Shown in pieces: positions 37,474-49,069 of a DNA stretch of 64,000 bases. Source of the DNA: Takakia lepidozioides (lineage: Eukaryota > Plantae > Bryophyta); the NCBI GenBank assembly GCA_030704615.1, contig CM060732.1:53196001-53260000 (forward strand). Reading direction: 5' to 3'. The notes beneath the pieces were generated by a model. The model made no database searches. It worked only from the letters and a program-made list of their open reading frames with translations, and was not told where the DNA came from. Made by a program: the position numbers and the translations under genes. Every line of letters starts with the position of its first letter. The first letter of the stretch is position 1.

Positions 37474-39985
37474 TGTCACGGACATAGCCCAGAGGAACTT
37501 ACCAGGAGTAAATACCATTAGTTATCAAGTTACCAGAAGTTTATCAAATTATCGAGAGTAACTTGGAAAACTGCTCAAGGAAGCTTCCTTTGGATGAAAC
37601 TTCTCCATCAAGAAACCTTTGTTTAACGTTGGAAACTTCTCCATAAAAAAACCTCCATAGGGGAAGCTTCTAAGGGGAACTTCCTAGTAGCTAGTATATA
37701 TAGAAGGCGAGACTGGACACTCTTCAGTCTCGCCAAACACAAGTTCAAGCCACTCTTGTTTCCAGTCCCAGTACTCCAGTCCAGCTTCCAGTACTCTAGT
37801 CCAATTTCCAGTATCTGGTACTCTAGTCCAGTTCCCAGCATTTCAGTATTCAAGTCGAGTTTCAGTATCTTGTACTCTTGTCCATTGTTATAAAGATCAT
37901 CTTGATTCATGTTTATCCTTGACTTCTTGTCTAGTCTTGTACCTCTAGTCTGATCTCTTGTTTGGGTTCAGTCATGTTCTCGTCCTTGACAATTTGACGA
38001 GACTAAAGTTTGTTCCTTAGCTAGTAAAGATGGAAGGCACATTTACGGAAATGGTCACCACTTTGCAGAGTCTTCAGCTCCAGATGTAAGAACTTCGTAC
38101 CTCTACTGCCCAATTACAAGCTGATCAGTCTCAAGATCTTGGCAACGCTCTCCACAATTTGTAACAACAAATTTCAGAGTTAAAGGAGTCGAACAATGGA
38201 TCTTCAACCGTACGAGCCCCTACTGCAACAGCTCATACTGCAACGGTTCCTCTTCAACAGATTACGAGAGAACCAAAGATCAGCATACCCAAGACATTTG
38301 ATGGGACGAGATCAAGATTTTGCGGTTTTGCTCAATAAGTACGATTGTTCCTACGAGTACATCCGCAACGCTATCCTGATGAAGGTATTCAAATGGGATT
38401 CGTGGGCACATTTCTATCAGACACCACCTTATCTTGGTTTGCACCACTATTAGAAAAAATTCGCATTTACTATACGATTTTGAAACGTTTATGTCCGAGT
38501 TCCCTGTAACGTTTGGAGATAATTATAAAGAGAGAGTTGCAGAGACAAAGATGCGAAATCTTCGACAATGAACACTTCATGCTTTCGTTTGTGCTGCCGA
38601 ATTTCGATAACTTGCGTGCGACCTCGACTGGAATGAGAAGAGCCTGATTAGTCAGTTTCGATGTGGGCTAAAAGATGATGTAAAACATTTGTTGCTGACA
38701 ATGTCAAACGTGAGTACACTAAGCGAATTCATCACCAAAGTCATTGCATGTGATAATCGTTTGTTCGAAAGACGTCAAGAGAAGCGATTTGGATGGTCGA
38801 TGACGCATCATGTCGCTGCTACTACGGCACCAAACACAACGATCCATCAGATATCCGGTAGTGATCCTATGTAGATTGATGCTGTCTGATTTAAGCCATT
38901 GACGCCACAAGAAAAACAAAGACAATGCTCAAATGGATTATGCCTCTATTGCGGAGAAGAAGATCACATAGCAATAAACTTCCTCAACAAGAGCCAATTC
39001 AAAGCTCGAGGCGCAACTCAAGTGTTCAAAACGAAGGTCGTCGGAAAACGAAGATGTCCAGTCACAGTAGGGACCACGCGGCTGGACATCACAAATTCCT
39101 CACCAAAAAAATGTCTCTTTCTACCTCCAGACCCTGCTCCTTGCTTCACAGTTCCGGTAAAAATCAGAGTGCAAAATCAAGATATATCTGTAGAAGTATT
39201 TTTGGATTCAAGGGCTTCAACATATTTTATTGACAATTTTTTTGCGAAGCAACACAATTTAACGTTCGTAAAAAAGAAATTATCGGCCCCCGTTGAAGTC
39301 ACCGATGGACGACCGTTAGCATTAGGAAATGTTGACCATGAAACTCGATCACTTGAAGTAAAGCTTAAAGATCAAGCATCACATATTGTTTTCAATGTCA
39401 TCCAATCTCTAATGAATCATGTGATCCTTGGACTTCCCTGGTTCGTACTTCACAATCCTGACATCGACTGGCGATCGCGAAAAAAAATTGCAAGACAAAA
39501 ATGTAGAAATATTAAAGGTATTCAACCCTTGTTCCTTAGAGCTAGAGCTTTTATGAAAGCTACCAAAAATGATGCGGCATTTACACTTTATGCGACTCCT
39601 ATCAAACCACGACAGACAAAGGTACTTCAATATTACCCACTCAATATCAAGATTTCAATGATGTCTTCGAGAAGAAAAATGCAGACATATTGCCAGAATA
39701 TCGACCTTATGATTGTGCAATTGAGTTACAAGAAGGAACCATTCGGCCCAATCAGTAACTTATCCCAGACGGAGTTGGTTGCATTACGTGAATACATTGA
39801 TGAAAATTTGTCGAAGAACTTCATCCGACACTCAAAATCACCTGCGAGGACGCCCATCTTGTTTGTGAAAAAGAATGACGGAACATTACACATGTGTGTA
39901 GAAGTCTATCGCGGTCTCAACAAAGTCACAATTAAGAATCGTTATCCGTTGCCGTTGATTTCTGGGCTTCTCGATCAGTTGGGAC
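37474..39985 (+). mobile_element. Ty3/gypsy (Tcn1/Tf1-like) LTR retrotransposon: 5' LTR plus degenerate gag-protease-partial RT; 3'-truncated
   Basis: LTR TGTCAC(37474)...TGACA(37991) with TATA at ~37695. Gag from ATG 38030, with stops. CLYCGEEDH knuckle, protease FLDSRAS...ILGLPW, and [17 protein letters not shown]...KNRYPLPLI. Confidence 0.9.
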
Positions 39986-42900
39986 ACGGCCCTATGGACC
40001 GTGATGAGTCCCAAGACTCCCCACGACTCCCACCACGAGATCTCGCCCCAGGGTGAGTCCTATGCCACCCCCACTAAGTCCCGCTAAGCCCCCACCACCC
40101 CTGCCACCCCCACCGCAACCCGGTGTGCGGGGCTCCACCTAGTGAGCGCCTCCGCCTCCTTGTGTGCCTTGGGCACTCAAGGGTGCTTCAACCCCCCATA
40201 CCTATCGCTGCCACTGCCCCCACCACAAGGGCAGCCCCTCTTGTGTCCCGACCCCCTGCCCTCAAGGCAAAGGGCCGCGACACGACGTGTATGGTCTATG
40301 TGGCCCCGACATCAACAAATTTGGAAATCACCCCACCATCCATTTGTTGAAAATAGACAATCTCATTTATAAATATGATGTGGTCCCCACACTTTCAACA
40401 GTGGACTTTCAGCTGATTCATTTCCCTACAAAATGGCATGTCCATGCAGTAGTAGGTACCTAATGTGCGGTTAGAATTTTAAAATTCTAAATTTTCCAAA
40501 ATTTATAAGGTTTTTTTTTGCTCTGGGATCAATTTTTTTCCAAAAGTAAAAAATTGTTGGGCGCTTAAGGATTAATTAGTGGGTGAGCAGACGAAAGTTT
40601 AGGAGAGCATTTAATCAAAAGTGAATATTATGATTTTAAGAGAGAACAATAATTTATATGCTCACACTAATTTATGCACATAGACATTCATTTTCATAAC
40701 TTTTGCACTGGAGTTCGAATCAAAATTAGGTTCGGCATTATGTAGTTCTCCAGCAAACCACACATTACATTGTGTTATGCCTCAACCTATTTCCAATCTT
40801 CACCCAAACCTACATCCAAAGCAATCTTACCAATGCCGAATATACAAAATTCATTGAACCCAAAGATTTGATTACATTTTCATGTTTGAATCTAAGAATT
40901 TTGGCTGCTCACCTTCTCACCACAATTTACTCTCCCCCAAAACATACCGAAAAAAACTCCCAAGTTGAGTGGCATGAGCACTCCCGTTGGCAGAAAAAAA
41001 TACTCTACATATTTTTAGAAAAATTCATATAATTCGTTATGGCAAAACAAAAATGTGCTCTCATTAGAAAAATTGCAGAACTGTTGCAAATTTGAGCCCA
41101 GTACTTACTTCTTTCCATAGACATCCATTGAAAAGAAAAATATTGGCCCTTATCTTTATTCAGCTTGCTGTGCTGTCCTATTAATTAATATACCTATAGT
41201 TTGTGTTTATGTTTTTTTTGGTGGCATGTGCCTGCAGAGCCTACCACTTATTAACTAGTAAGTGATAACTTAGTAAATACTAGTACATAGGCAAGGGCTC
41301 TCATTTATATACCCTCTCAAGGCGGGGGGGCCTTTCTAGAAGCCCGCCAAATCCTCACGCGGTGGGACCCTTCACACATGTGAGCCCCCCTTAGAAACCG
41401 GCATGCCACACCTTCCGCAATTTGCAGCCTGAACCCTCCCCCATTTAATAGCTGTCGGCTTCATGGCTTGTTTTATCTTAACCCCTTACATGACGGTTAC
41501 TAATTCAAGTCGAGGTGTAGCTTACTATATCACCCACTTTTTAATTCCTCGACCACTCTCTAATCCCCACACACCCCTTCAAACCTGGGCCCCTTATTTA
41601 TTCACTCCCTAAACTCTTTGAAGATGGACTCTCTCATACTGAGAATCTAACATGAGATTTTGCTCTATGATAGTTTTACCCATTTTGTACAGTCACCCCA
41701 CTCGGGTCTTTTTATAAAGCTACACAGGATGCCTTCTTAGAAATATGAGAGCAGTCCAGCAGAATTGAAGAAGTCTCGAAAAGACTGAATAAATGTTCCC
41801 GTCACAAGGGGGAGCCGTTGGATAGGATATTTACCCACATTCTTACGAACTGGGAGGGAGAACTCCCTCCCAGGATAAAGGCACAAGGGACTTCAACAGA
41901 TATGCTGCTAAGAAGCCCGTCTGTCGTACGCTGCTATATTCTGAGGCTCACATGCAGGTTCCGATAGCCGAGCCACTGTAGCCATGGCAGCAGCTGTGCC
42001 TACAATCCCACAAGCTTGCCACCTGAATGCTCTCGGCCAGGTAATTCGCGGTCCTGCGCACAATACATCCAAAAAGACTCTCAATCCAGTGCACGACTTG
42101 ACAATTTTCCCAGGTAACTCAGCCCGAAAGAAGAAGCAATAAGAGACGCCTCGACCCTAGAAAAACAAGAAGTTCCAGCAACTACGACAAACTAGAAGGG
42201 AACCACCGCCGAATCATCTACCGTTGGACAGCTCCCAAAGGAAAAGAGGCCCAATGAAGAAGGAGACTGCGACTTGCAGCTCCCAGGATTGCACTAACAC
42301 TGTGACTTCACCTGCCGATCCCTACTTTCCACACCGCCACATAGAAGTATCGTGCGGTTTCACCTAAATCTCACACAATGCCCGAAAGCACCTGAAAACC
42401 TCCTCGCTAGGAATATGGAGGACAGTATGAAGAGAGGAGTGGGAATGAACAGGCACCATAATGAATGGAGCAGAGAGGCCAAGCCACGAAGAAGCCCGCC
42501 ACCCCCCCCGCCACTGCAAAAATACGCATCATACGTGTGCAAGGGATGGCATCCTCTCGCATCAACTCCCCGGTTGATGCACCGAGCCTCTGCCTCAACG
42601 CCATCCCTGCTCGTGCCTTCTCCTCTCACACCTAGAACCCGAAAAGGCACTTTGATAACCCTAAATACATAGGCTATGTACTTTGCCTTCCTGAGAATTC
42701 CTCACTGGGAGAATTGGGTGCTGGATAGATTCTTAGGCCTAATCCAAGTTTCTGAGTACAGTTTAATCTGCAGGACGAGCTGGACTCCTCTACAAGCAGG
42801 TGACATTTGTTTGTGGCCATTTTGCGGATGGGCATCTGGCTGTAGTCAGAGATTGAAGTTGGTTCTCAAAAGAAAACATTTGAGGGATGCTTAGTGAGAG

Positions 42901-43183
42901 GTCCCGCTAGCTATGAGATGTTATTGTTGAGCAGCGATGACGACTGTCTCAGATCGCGGTCGCCCAGTCTGGTGTTAGCTGCATTGGTGGTGTATGCATT
43001 GTCTCTATCTCATCCTCCTCATACAATCTCTCAACCTTTGCGTCAGTCTAGAACTACCATTACTCTTCTAAACCCGGTTAACTGTTTCCAAGTCCCGGAA
43101 AACCACTTCTGAGCTGTCTACCAGCCTGCACTCCGAAACCACTTTTTCTTTCTCCCGATGGATTTCTTCTCGATCTCTACTTC

Positions 43184-43537
43184 ATGCCAATGATCCACAT
43201 CATCTCATTGATAGGATTAGTTTTTATGGCACTGGTAGCCGTAACGCAGCCCATTGAAGGTGTGAACTTTCTAGTTCCTGGCAGTGATCAGAACTGCACA
43301 ATGCCTTCAATTTCCCAAGAGCAAACAGCGCACAGCCTCCCTGCAGATGTGATTCCACCACTCGTTCCATGGAGACGGACTGCACTGACAAAAATCTTGA
43401 ACCAACCCAAGAGGGGATACACAGTAGCAAACATCAGGAACATAACATTGGTACAGACTTTGTCCACAACAAATTTCAAGCCTAAGTTTTCGCTTGAAAG
43501 GGCAGCTGAAGGCATTCTCCGGAACTCCAAACAATGA
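43184..43537 (+). CDS. Possible small secreted protein of unknown function
   Basis: 117-aa ORF with a signal-peptide-like N-terminus (IISLIGLVFMALVAVTQPIEG) and a CT-rich upstream leader. No family recognised. Confidence 0.35.
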   Translation: MPMIHIISLIGLVFMALVAVTQPIEGVNFLVPGSDQNCTMPSISQEQTAHSLPADVIPPLVPWRRTALTKILNQPKRGYTVANIRNITLVQTLSTTNFKPKFSLERAAEGILRNSKQ

Positions 43538-46110
43538 TGGCAATTAGTTGCACAACTCACAGAACCATCTACTACAATTTCAGTACTGAATCTGCTGGAC
43601 TTGAGGATTTTCTACTAAGTGTAAGAACATCTAAAATTCTAGACCCAATGTCGTGTTGATACTAAGGGATGTCATTACCTCTACTGTATGTACTAGAATA
43701 TCAAAGATACTGGAGACACACAATTTCTTGAGTCAAGTAGGCATAACTGAGGTTGACGAAAGATGCAAGTGACGTAACATCCACTCAATCCCATGTTCTT
43801 TTCCCTCCAATCTGAACAAAGTGTGAACTTGGAGTTCACTTCTTAGCATCTCTTCACATCAATTGGTAAAATGTGAAAAACATGTCCTGACCTCTACTTA
43901 CTACCTGTCCCTGATGCATAGTGGTCTTGTACAAACACATGGAAATTCACTAGTATAGGAATTCACAAGTTTGAACGTTGTTCCCAGATTATTGCAAAAA
44001 TCTCACTTGCTCCTTTGATGCACACATCCACAGAAACCTGAGCCAGAAAGGCACTGCTTCAAGGCTCTCAAACTGAATAAAGAGACATCTCTCAAAAGTC
44101 TCCATGTGGCTGAAGCCCCTATTAGACGGAATCAGAATGTTTTCCATGTCCTCACCATCATGCCCGCAGATGCAATATAGTGGTTCTCTTTCTCCCAGCA
44201 GAGGCCATATTTATTGTACACAGGTTGGCATCCATAGTTTGCACTTTAATCTAGTGGCCGGTGTGCTATAGAGAGACTGAACAGAGAAGGGGGAGCATTT
44301 TCCTGCATCCAAGTATAGGGGTAACCTCTGACCTTGCTTATGCCGGGTGGAACTTCAGTAAGAGTGTCAATTCGAAGGTTTTCAACCTGTGCTCCCCAAC
44401 CCCATCACCAGAAAACTTTTAGATCAAAATTGTGTCTATCAGAAAGCTGAACGATGCCAGCCAGAGCCAGCTTGACCCTTGAAGACTTGGATGCCATACA
44501 TCCCAATTTGGTAAGCAATGTGTGCAGCCATGGCTACCATCTACTTTTTGACCACAGTGCCTAACCACTGGCCATCTGTACGAAGCTTTGAGGAAGAGGC
44601 TAGTAAAAAACAATAAACCCAGAGCACCGAACTAAGTAATGTGCTCATCCTACCTTCCCTATGTGTCCATCTCTTTATTCGCCCAGAAACGGTTGGCAAC
44701 TCAGTGTCCAAAGCAGGTTCCCCTTGAGCATCATAGACCCTGCCAAATATATCCTGCAAAATAACCAACCCCTCTCCTTGAACAGATCTACCCATGACTG
44801 AGTGTGGGGAACATAAAGGGTCTCCCTGGATGTACATACATATCTATTTCTAGGACTACAACCCAATCCTTTGGGTTTCATGATGTTGTGAAAACTAAAA
44901 CTTCATCATGTAAACTGAGCAATGGCATTGCTCCCGTGGACTTAAAGAAGGGGTTAGTCAACATGAAATTGAAGAGATGACCATCACTCTGAAGAGGAAT
45001 GAGACCTTGTCAAAGTGAACGTGGGGGAGTGCATGAATGAGGACAAGAAAAGTGGGGAGAGAGAGGGGGATGGAAGAGGCTTCGGAAGAGAAAGTGAGAG
45101 TCACCAAGAGTGGCAGCTAAGTGAGACAAAGTCTAGCATGATCCACATTACTCGCATGGGAAGAGCAGGACTCTACACACCGCATTGTAGACCTGTTGCT
45201 TCGCAGGGTTGGTGGCCTTCCCAGTGATCCGGAAACACCTGGCACCCTATGAAGTGCCCCCAGTTACTGTTGTCTGTCCCTCTGCATCAGGTATTACACA
45301 CCATAACCTACTCAGTTGAGAAAGGATGCAACTCCCTGATGGAACTGATGCAGAACCCAATCTCTCACTCGAGTCTTCCACTATGAGGATCAAAAATGCT
45401 TGGCAGCTTACCTGCACGAGGCCTTCACCCTTAGACAATCCCTCGAGCAATAGTTTTATTTTGGCTCTGGTTTTGTTTCCTCTCTCATGTTTTTTTCCAT
45501 TTTGTCCCATAAGCTCTATGAGCTTTGCACGGACGTTATAAAGTACCATTTCATTTCATTTCATTTCTTCTGAACTCACTGTTGAAGTACATAAGTGCAC
45601 ACACATAGGGTCACGACACCCCAGCTGATCATGTGGCTGCACAGCAATGGTCCAATCATCATGGGCAGAACCCCTGGAGATATATTAAAACCCCAGGATT
45701 TCCACACTTCTCCTGTGAGATTGGTGTATGAAGTCACATCTGATCATCTCAGGCTGTCTAAAACCGCTGGTATGGATTAGAGTTTGCTCAGAAATTTGAT
45801 TAAATTCTTCACATGATCAACACTTAGGCAAAAATACAAATGTCACAATAGGAAATGGGCTGAGCAGAAATTGGCAATGCCCTCAGTTAAGTGTAGAGTG
45901 TAACCACACCAGCACTTCACAGATTCACATGCAAATGCGCAGGCTATCAATAACAAATATTTACTGCCCTGACTTCATCATTTAAACTCTACTTACTTCC
46001 TTGCCAGTGGATGTGCAGACATTGATGTCCTCGCAACATATGAGATGACAAGTGCTGACCTTTTCACACTGAAGTTTGAGGTAGCGCATTGCAAGCATGC
46101 AACAGCAGGT

Positions 46111-48339
46111 TTACCAGTAATCCCCACAGGAACAAACCCCATCTTGGAAGTGGTGGAAGCGGTAGGCATCCCGTACAACAACCATTCGCCCAACGATCTT
46201 TGAGATAACTTTGGTGACAGCGTGGCAGTCACCACAAACTCTAAGGTTCTTGATAACACGGATAGGCATCCCAGGGGATGTGCTGATGAGCCCAAAAGCA
46301 ATAGCAAGCCTCTCACTGTGGTAGCAAAGAGACGATTCCTTGTGCTCCTCCTCCAAATCATGCAATACAAAGGGCGTGTCAGGCACATACCCCCCCACCT
46401 TCATCTGCTCACTCAATCTCTTCAGCTCCATATGGATTTCCTCAATTTGTGGATGTGACCTGTCATCTACAACAAATGTATGTACCAGGTTTTCCACTTC
46501 AATGCAGCTCTGTCCTGGCTCCTTTCTGACTCCTTGGTCCTCCATCATCTTTCTGACCTTCGCTTTATCATCCCACCTGCCAGCTCCAGCATAGACGTTT
46601 GATAGCAGCACATAGGCTGAACTGTTCTTTGGATCACTTTTCAGAATATTATTTGCTGCACGTTCTGCTACTTCCACATTGCCATGAATTCTGCAGGCAC
46701 CAAGCAAGGCTAGCCACACCAAAGCACTTGGTTCCAGTGGCATTTTGTTAACGAGTCCCTCTGCCTCATCTAATTGCCCTGCACGACCAAGAAGGTCTAC
46801 TATACAACCAAAATGCTCCACTGTGGGAGTGAGGCCATAATCTTGACTGATGGAATTAAAATAGTGACACCCTTCATCCACTAGACCGACATGGCTGCAT
46901 GCAGAGAGAACAGACGTAAAATTGATACCATCTGGCTGGAAGCCTTCCTGTTGCATTTCTTCAAATAGTTTAATGGCTTCCCTCCCATACCCGTGCTGAG
47001 CACATCCAGCAATTATGGCACTCCATGATACCACATTTCGTTGTGCCATATTATCAAACACTTGACGTGCATCCTTCATGCTCCCACATTTCGCATACAT
47101 GTCAACAAGAGTATTCTCCAGAGTGATATCTGGCACAATTCCACTCTTGCTGATGTCAGAAAGGACCCTCTTTCCTTTTTCCAGGGCTCCCAGGCTGGCA
47201 CAAGCATTTAGAATGCAAGTGAACGTAACCCTGTTGGGCATCACCCCTTCCCCTTGCATTTGCTTGTAGACCTCAAGAGCCTCCCTACCAAATCCATGCT
47301 CGGCGTAACCTGCAATCATGGCACTCCACGAGACCACATTTCGTTTAGCCATATTGTCAAACACTTGGTGTGCATCCTTCATGCTCCCGCATTTGGCATA
47401 CATGTCCACAAGGGCAGTCTCCAGAATGATATCTGGCTGAATTTTAGCTTTGATGATGTGAGCATGGACTTCTTTGCCCTTTGCAAGGGCTCCTAGGCTG
47501 GCACATGCTTTGACAATACAAGTGAACGTGACTCTGTTGGGCATCATCCCTTCCCGTTGCATTTTCTCATAGATCTCAAAAGCCTCTCTACTACACCCGT
47601 GCTCAGCATATCCTGCAATCATCACACTCCATGAGACTACATTCCGTTTGGACATTTTATCGAACACTTTCCGTGCATCTTTCATGCTTCCGCATTTGGC
47701 ATACATGTCAGCAAGGGCAGACTCCAAAATCATATCTGATGCAACACGCTCTCTGATGAGGTCCGCATGGACTTCTTTGCCCTTGACCAACTCTCCTAGG
47801 CTGGCACACGCGTTGATAACGCAAGTGAATGTGACTCTGTCAGGAGTCAACCCTTCCAATTGCATTTGCTGATAAAGCTGTAAAGCCTCCTTAGCATAGC
47901 CCTGTTTAGCATATCCTGCTATCATTATACTCCACGTAAACATATCTCGTTCAGGCATCTCGTTGAACACTTGGTGTGCATCCACCACACTCCCACACTT
48001 AGCATACATGTTGAGAAGAGTACTGAGCACAAAGATGTTTGGCTTGAATCCAGTCTGGATAATGTGGGCATGCACCTGCTTTCCCTCTGCTAGGGCTCTC
48101 ATTTTAATGCACTCCTGCAAGACACAGACATAAGTATTGGAGTTTGTCTTAGCGCCTTGGTGGTTCAAACTGTATACTGCCTCTTTCAGTCGTTCTGCCT
48201 TACACAGTGTCCTTATCTTCCCACAAGTGCCAGAAGGGACTTTCTTGACTTCATCTCTTGGTCCTGTTTCAAAAGCAGTAGTGATGGTGGAGGTGCTTTT
48301 AGCGTCAACAAACAACTGACCATGATTTAACCCTGCCAT
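46111..48339 (-). CDS. PLS-class PPR protein with E1/E2 and DYW:PG cytidine deaminase domain (organellar C-to-U RNA editing factor; PPR-B)
   Basis: 742-aa ORF with repeated P-L-S triplets, PG box KEPGQSCIEV, HSERLA, CGDCH and terminal CSCGDYW. Confidence 0.96.
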   Translation of the reverse strand: MAGLNHGQLFVDAKSTSTITTAFETGPRDEVKKVPSGTCGKIRTLCKAERLKEAVYSLNHQGAKTNSNTYVCVLQECIKMRALAEGKQVHAHIIQTGFKPNIFVLSTLLNMYAKCGSVVDAHQVFNEMPERDMFTWSIMIAGYAKQGYAKEALQLYQQMQLEGLTPDRVTFTCVINACASLGELVKGKEVHADLIRERVASDMILESALADMYAKCGSMKDARKVFDKMSKRNVVSWSVMIAGYAEHGCSREAFEIYEKMQREGMMPNRVTFTCIVKACASLGALAKGKEVHAHIIKAKIQPDIILETALVDMYAKCGSMKDAHQVFDNMAKRNVVSWSAMIAGYAEHGFGREALEVYKQMQGEGVMPNRVTFTCILNACASLGALEKGKRVLSDISKSGIVPDITLENTLVDMYAKCGSMKDARQVFDNMAQRNVVSWSAIIAGCAQHGYGREAIKLFEEMQQEGFQPDGINFTSVLSACSHVGLVDEGCHYFNSISQDYGLTPTVEHFGCIVDLLGRAGQLDEAEGLVNKMPLEPSALVWLALLGACRIHGNVEVAERAANNILKSDPKNSSAYVLLSNVYAGAGRWDDKAKVRKMMEDQGVRKEPGQSCIEVENLVHTFVVDDRSHPQIEEIHMELKRLSEQMKVGGYVPDTPFVLHDLEEEHKESSLCYHSERLAIAFGLISTSPGMPIRVIKNLRVCGDCHAVTKVISKIVGRMVVVRDAYRFHHFQDGVCSCGDYW

Positions 48340-48539
48340 CCTGCATGAGCCAAGAGTCCTTCAGCTATCAACCCCTGCACACAACTTACATAAAATAAGC
48401 TCTAGACAATTAAAAGAACTATCTCTTCAGGCACACCATGACAACAGTTACCGAACTACTGTAGTTATCTACTTTGGGTATATCTGTTCTGAATGTATCT
48501 GTTTGAGTTGGAACCCTTGAATTATCATCAACACAATAC

Positions 48540-49069
48540 CAGGTGCATTCTCGACTCTGAGCCCCCTGGTATACATGAACACTCTTACCATCAAGAGATC
48601 TGCTCGACCTTGTATCATGGCAACTAGCTCAGCTTTCACCCAAGGAGGGTTTGAGAAATTCTCAATCCAAAGAACCTCCTTTGTGCACTTATATCTGAAA
48701 TCGGGTGATCTTGGACTTCTCTGTGAAAACCGCGTGCAGGCAGCTGAGCAAATAGTGTTAACCACAGGACTGTTTGACCAACAACCAAAGCTCCACAAAC
48801 ACTGCTTCAATTAACAGGCCAGTTTTGAGCAGACCAACCGTAGTTGATTAATCATGGGCTTGGTCAGCCATGAGAACTCCGGGGATGTGTGATTTCCAAG
48901 GACTTTAATTGTCTTGAATCAAGGAAGCTGAAAACCATTGTTCAGCTTACACCATACCAGCTGCACTCAAAAAAAGAGAACCTCACCTTATCAGACCTGT
49001 TGCCGGGCCACCACTGGGAAGGATCTCACATGAATTCCTCCCAGAGCCGTTCTATGCTTGTTGCTTGTC
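48540..49069 (-). pseudogene. Decaying OSB-type PDF-motif exons upstream of PPR-B
   Basis: Exon 48987-49069 reads QATSIERLWEEFM*DPSQWWPGNRSDK. The exon starting at 48720 reads RSPRSPDFRYKCTKEVLWIENFSNPPWVKAEL. Intron position and phase are the same as in PPR-A. Confidence 0.8.
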
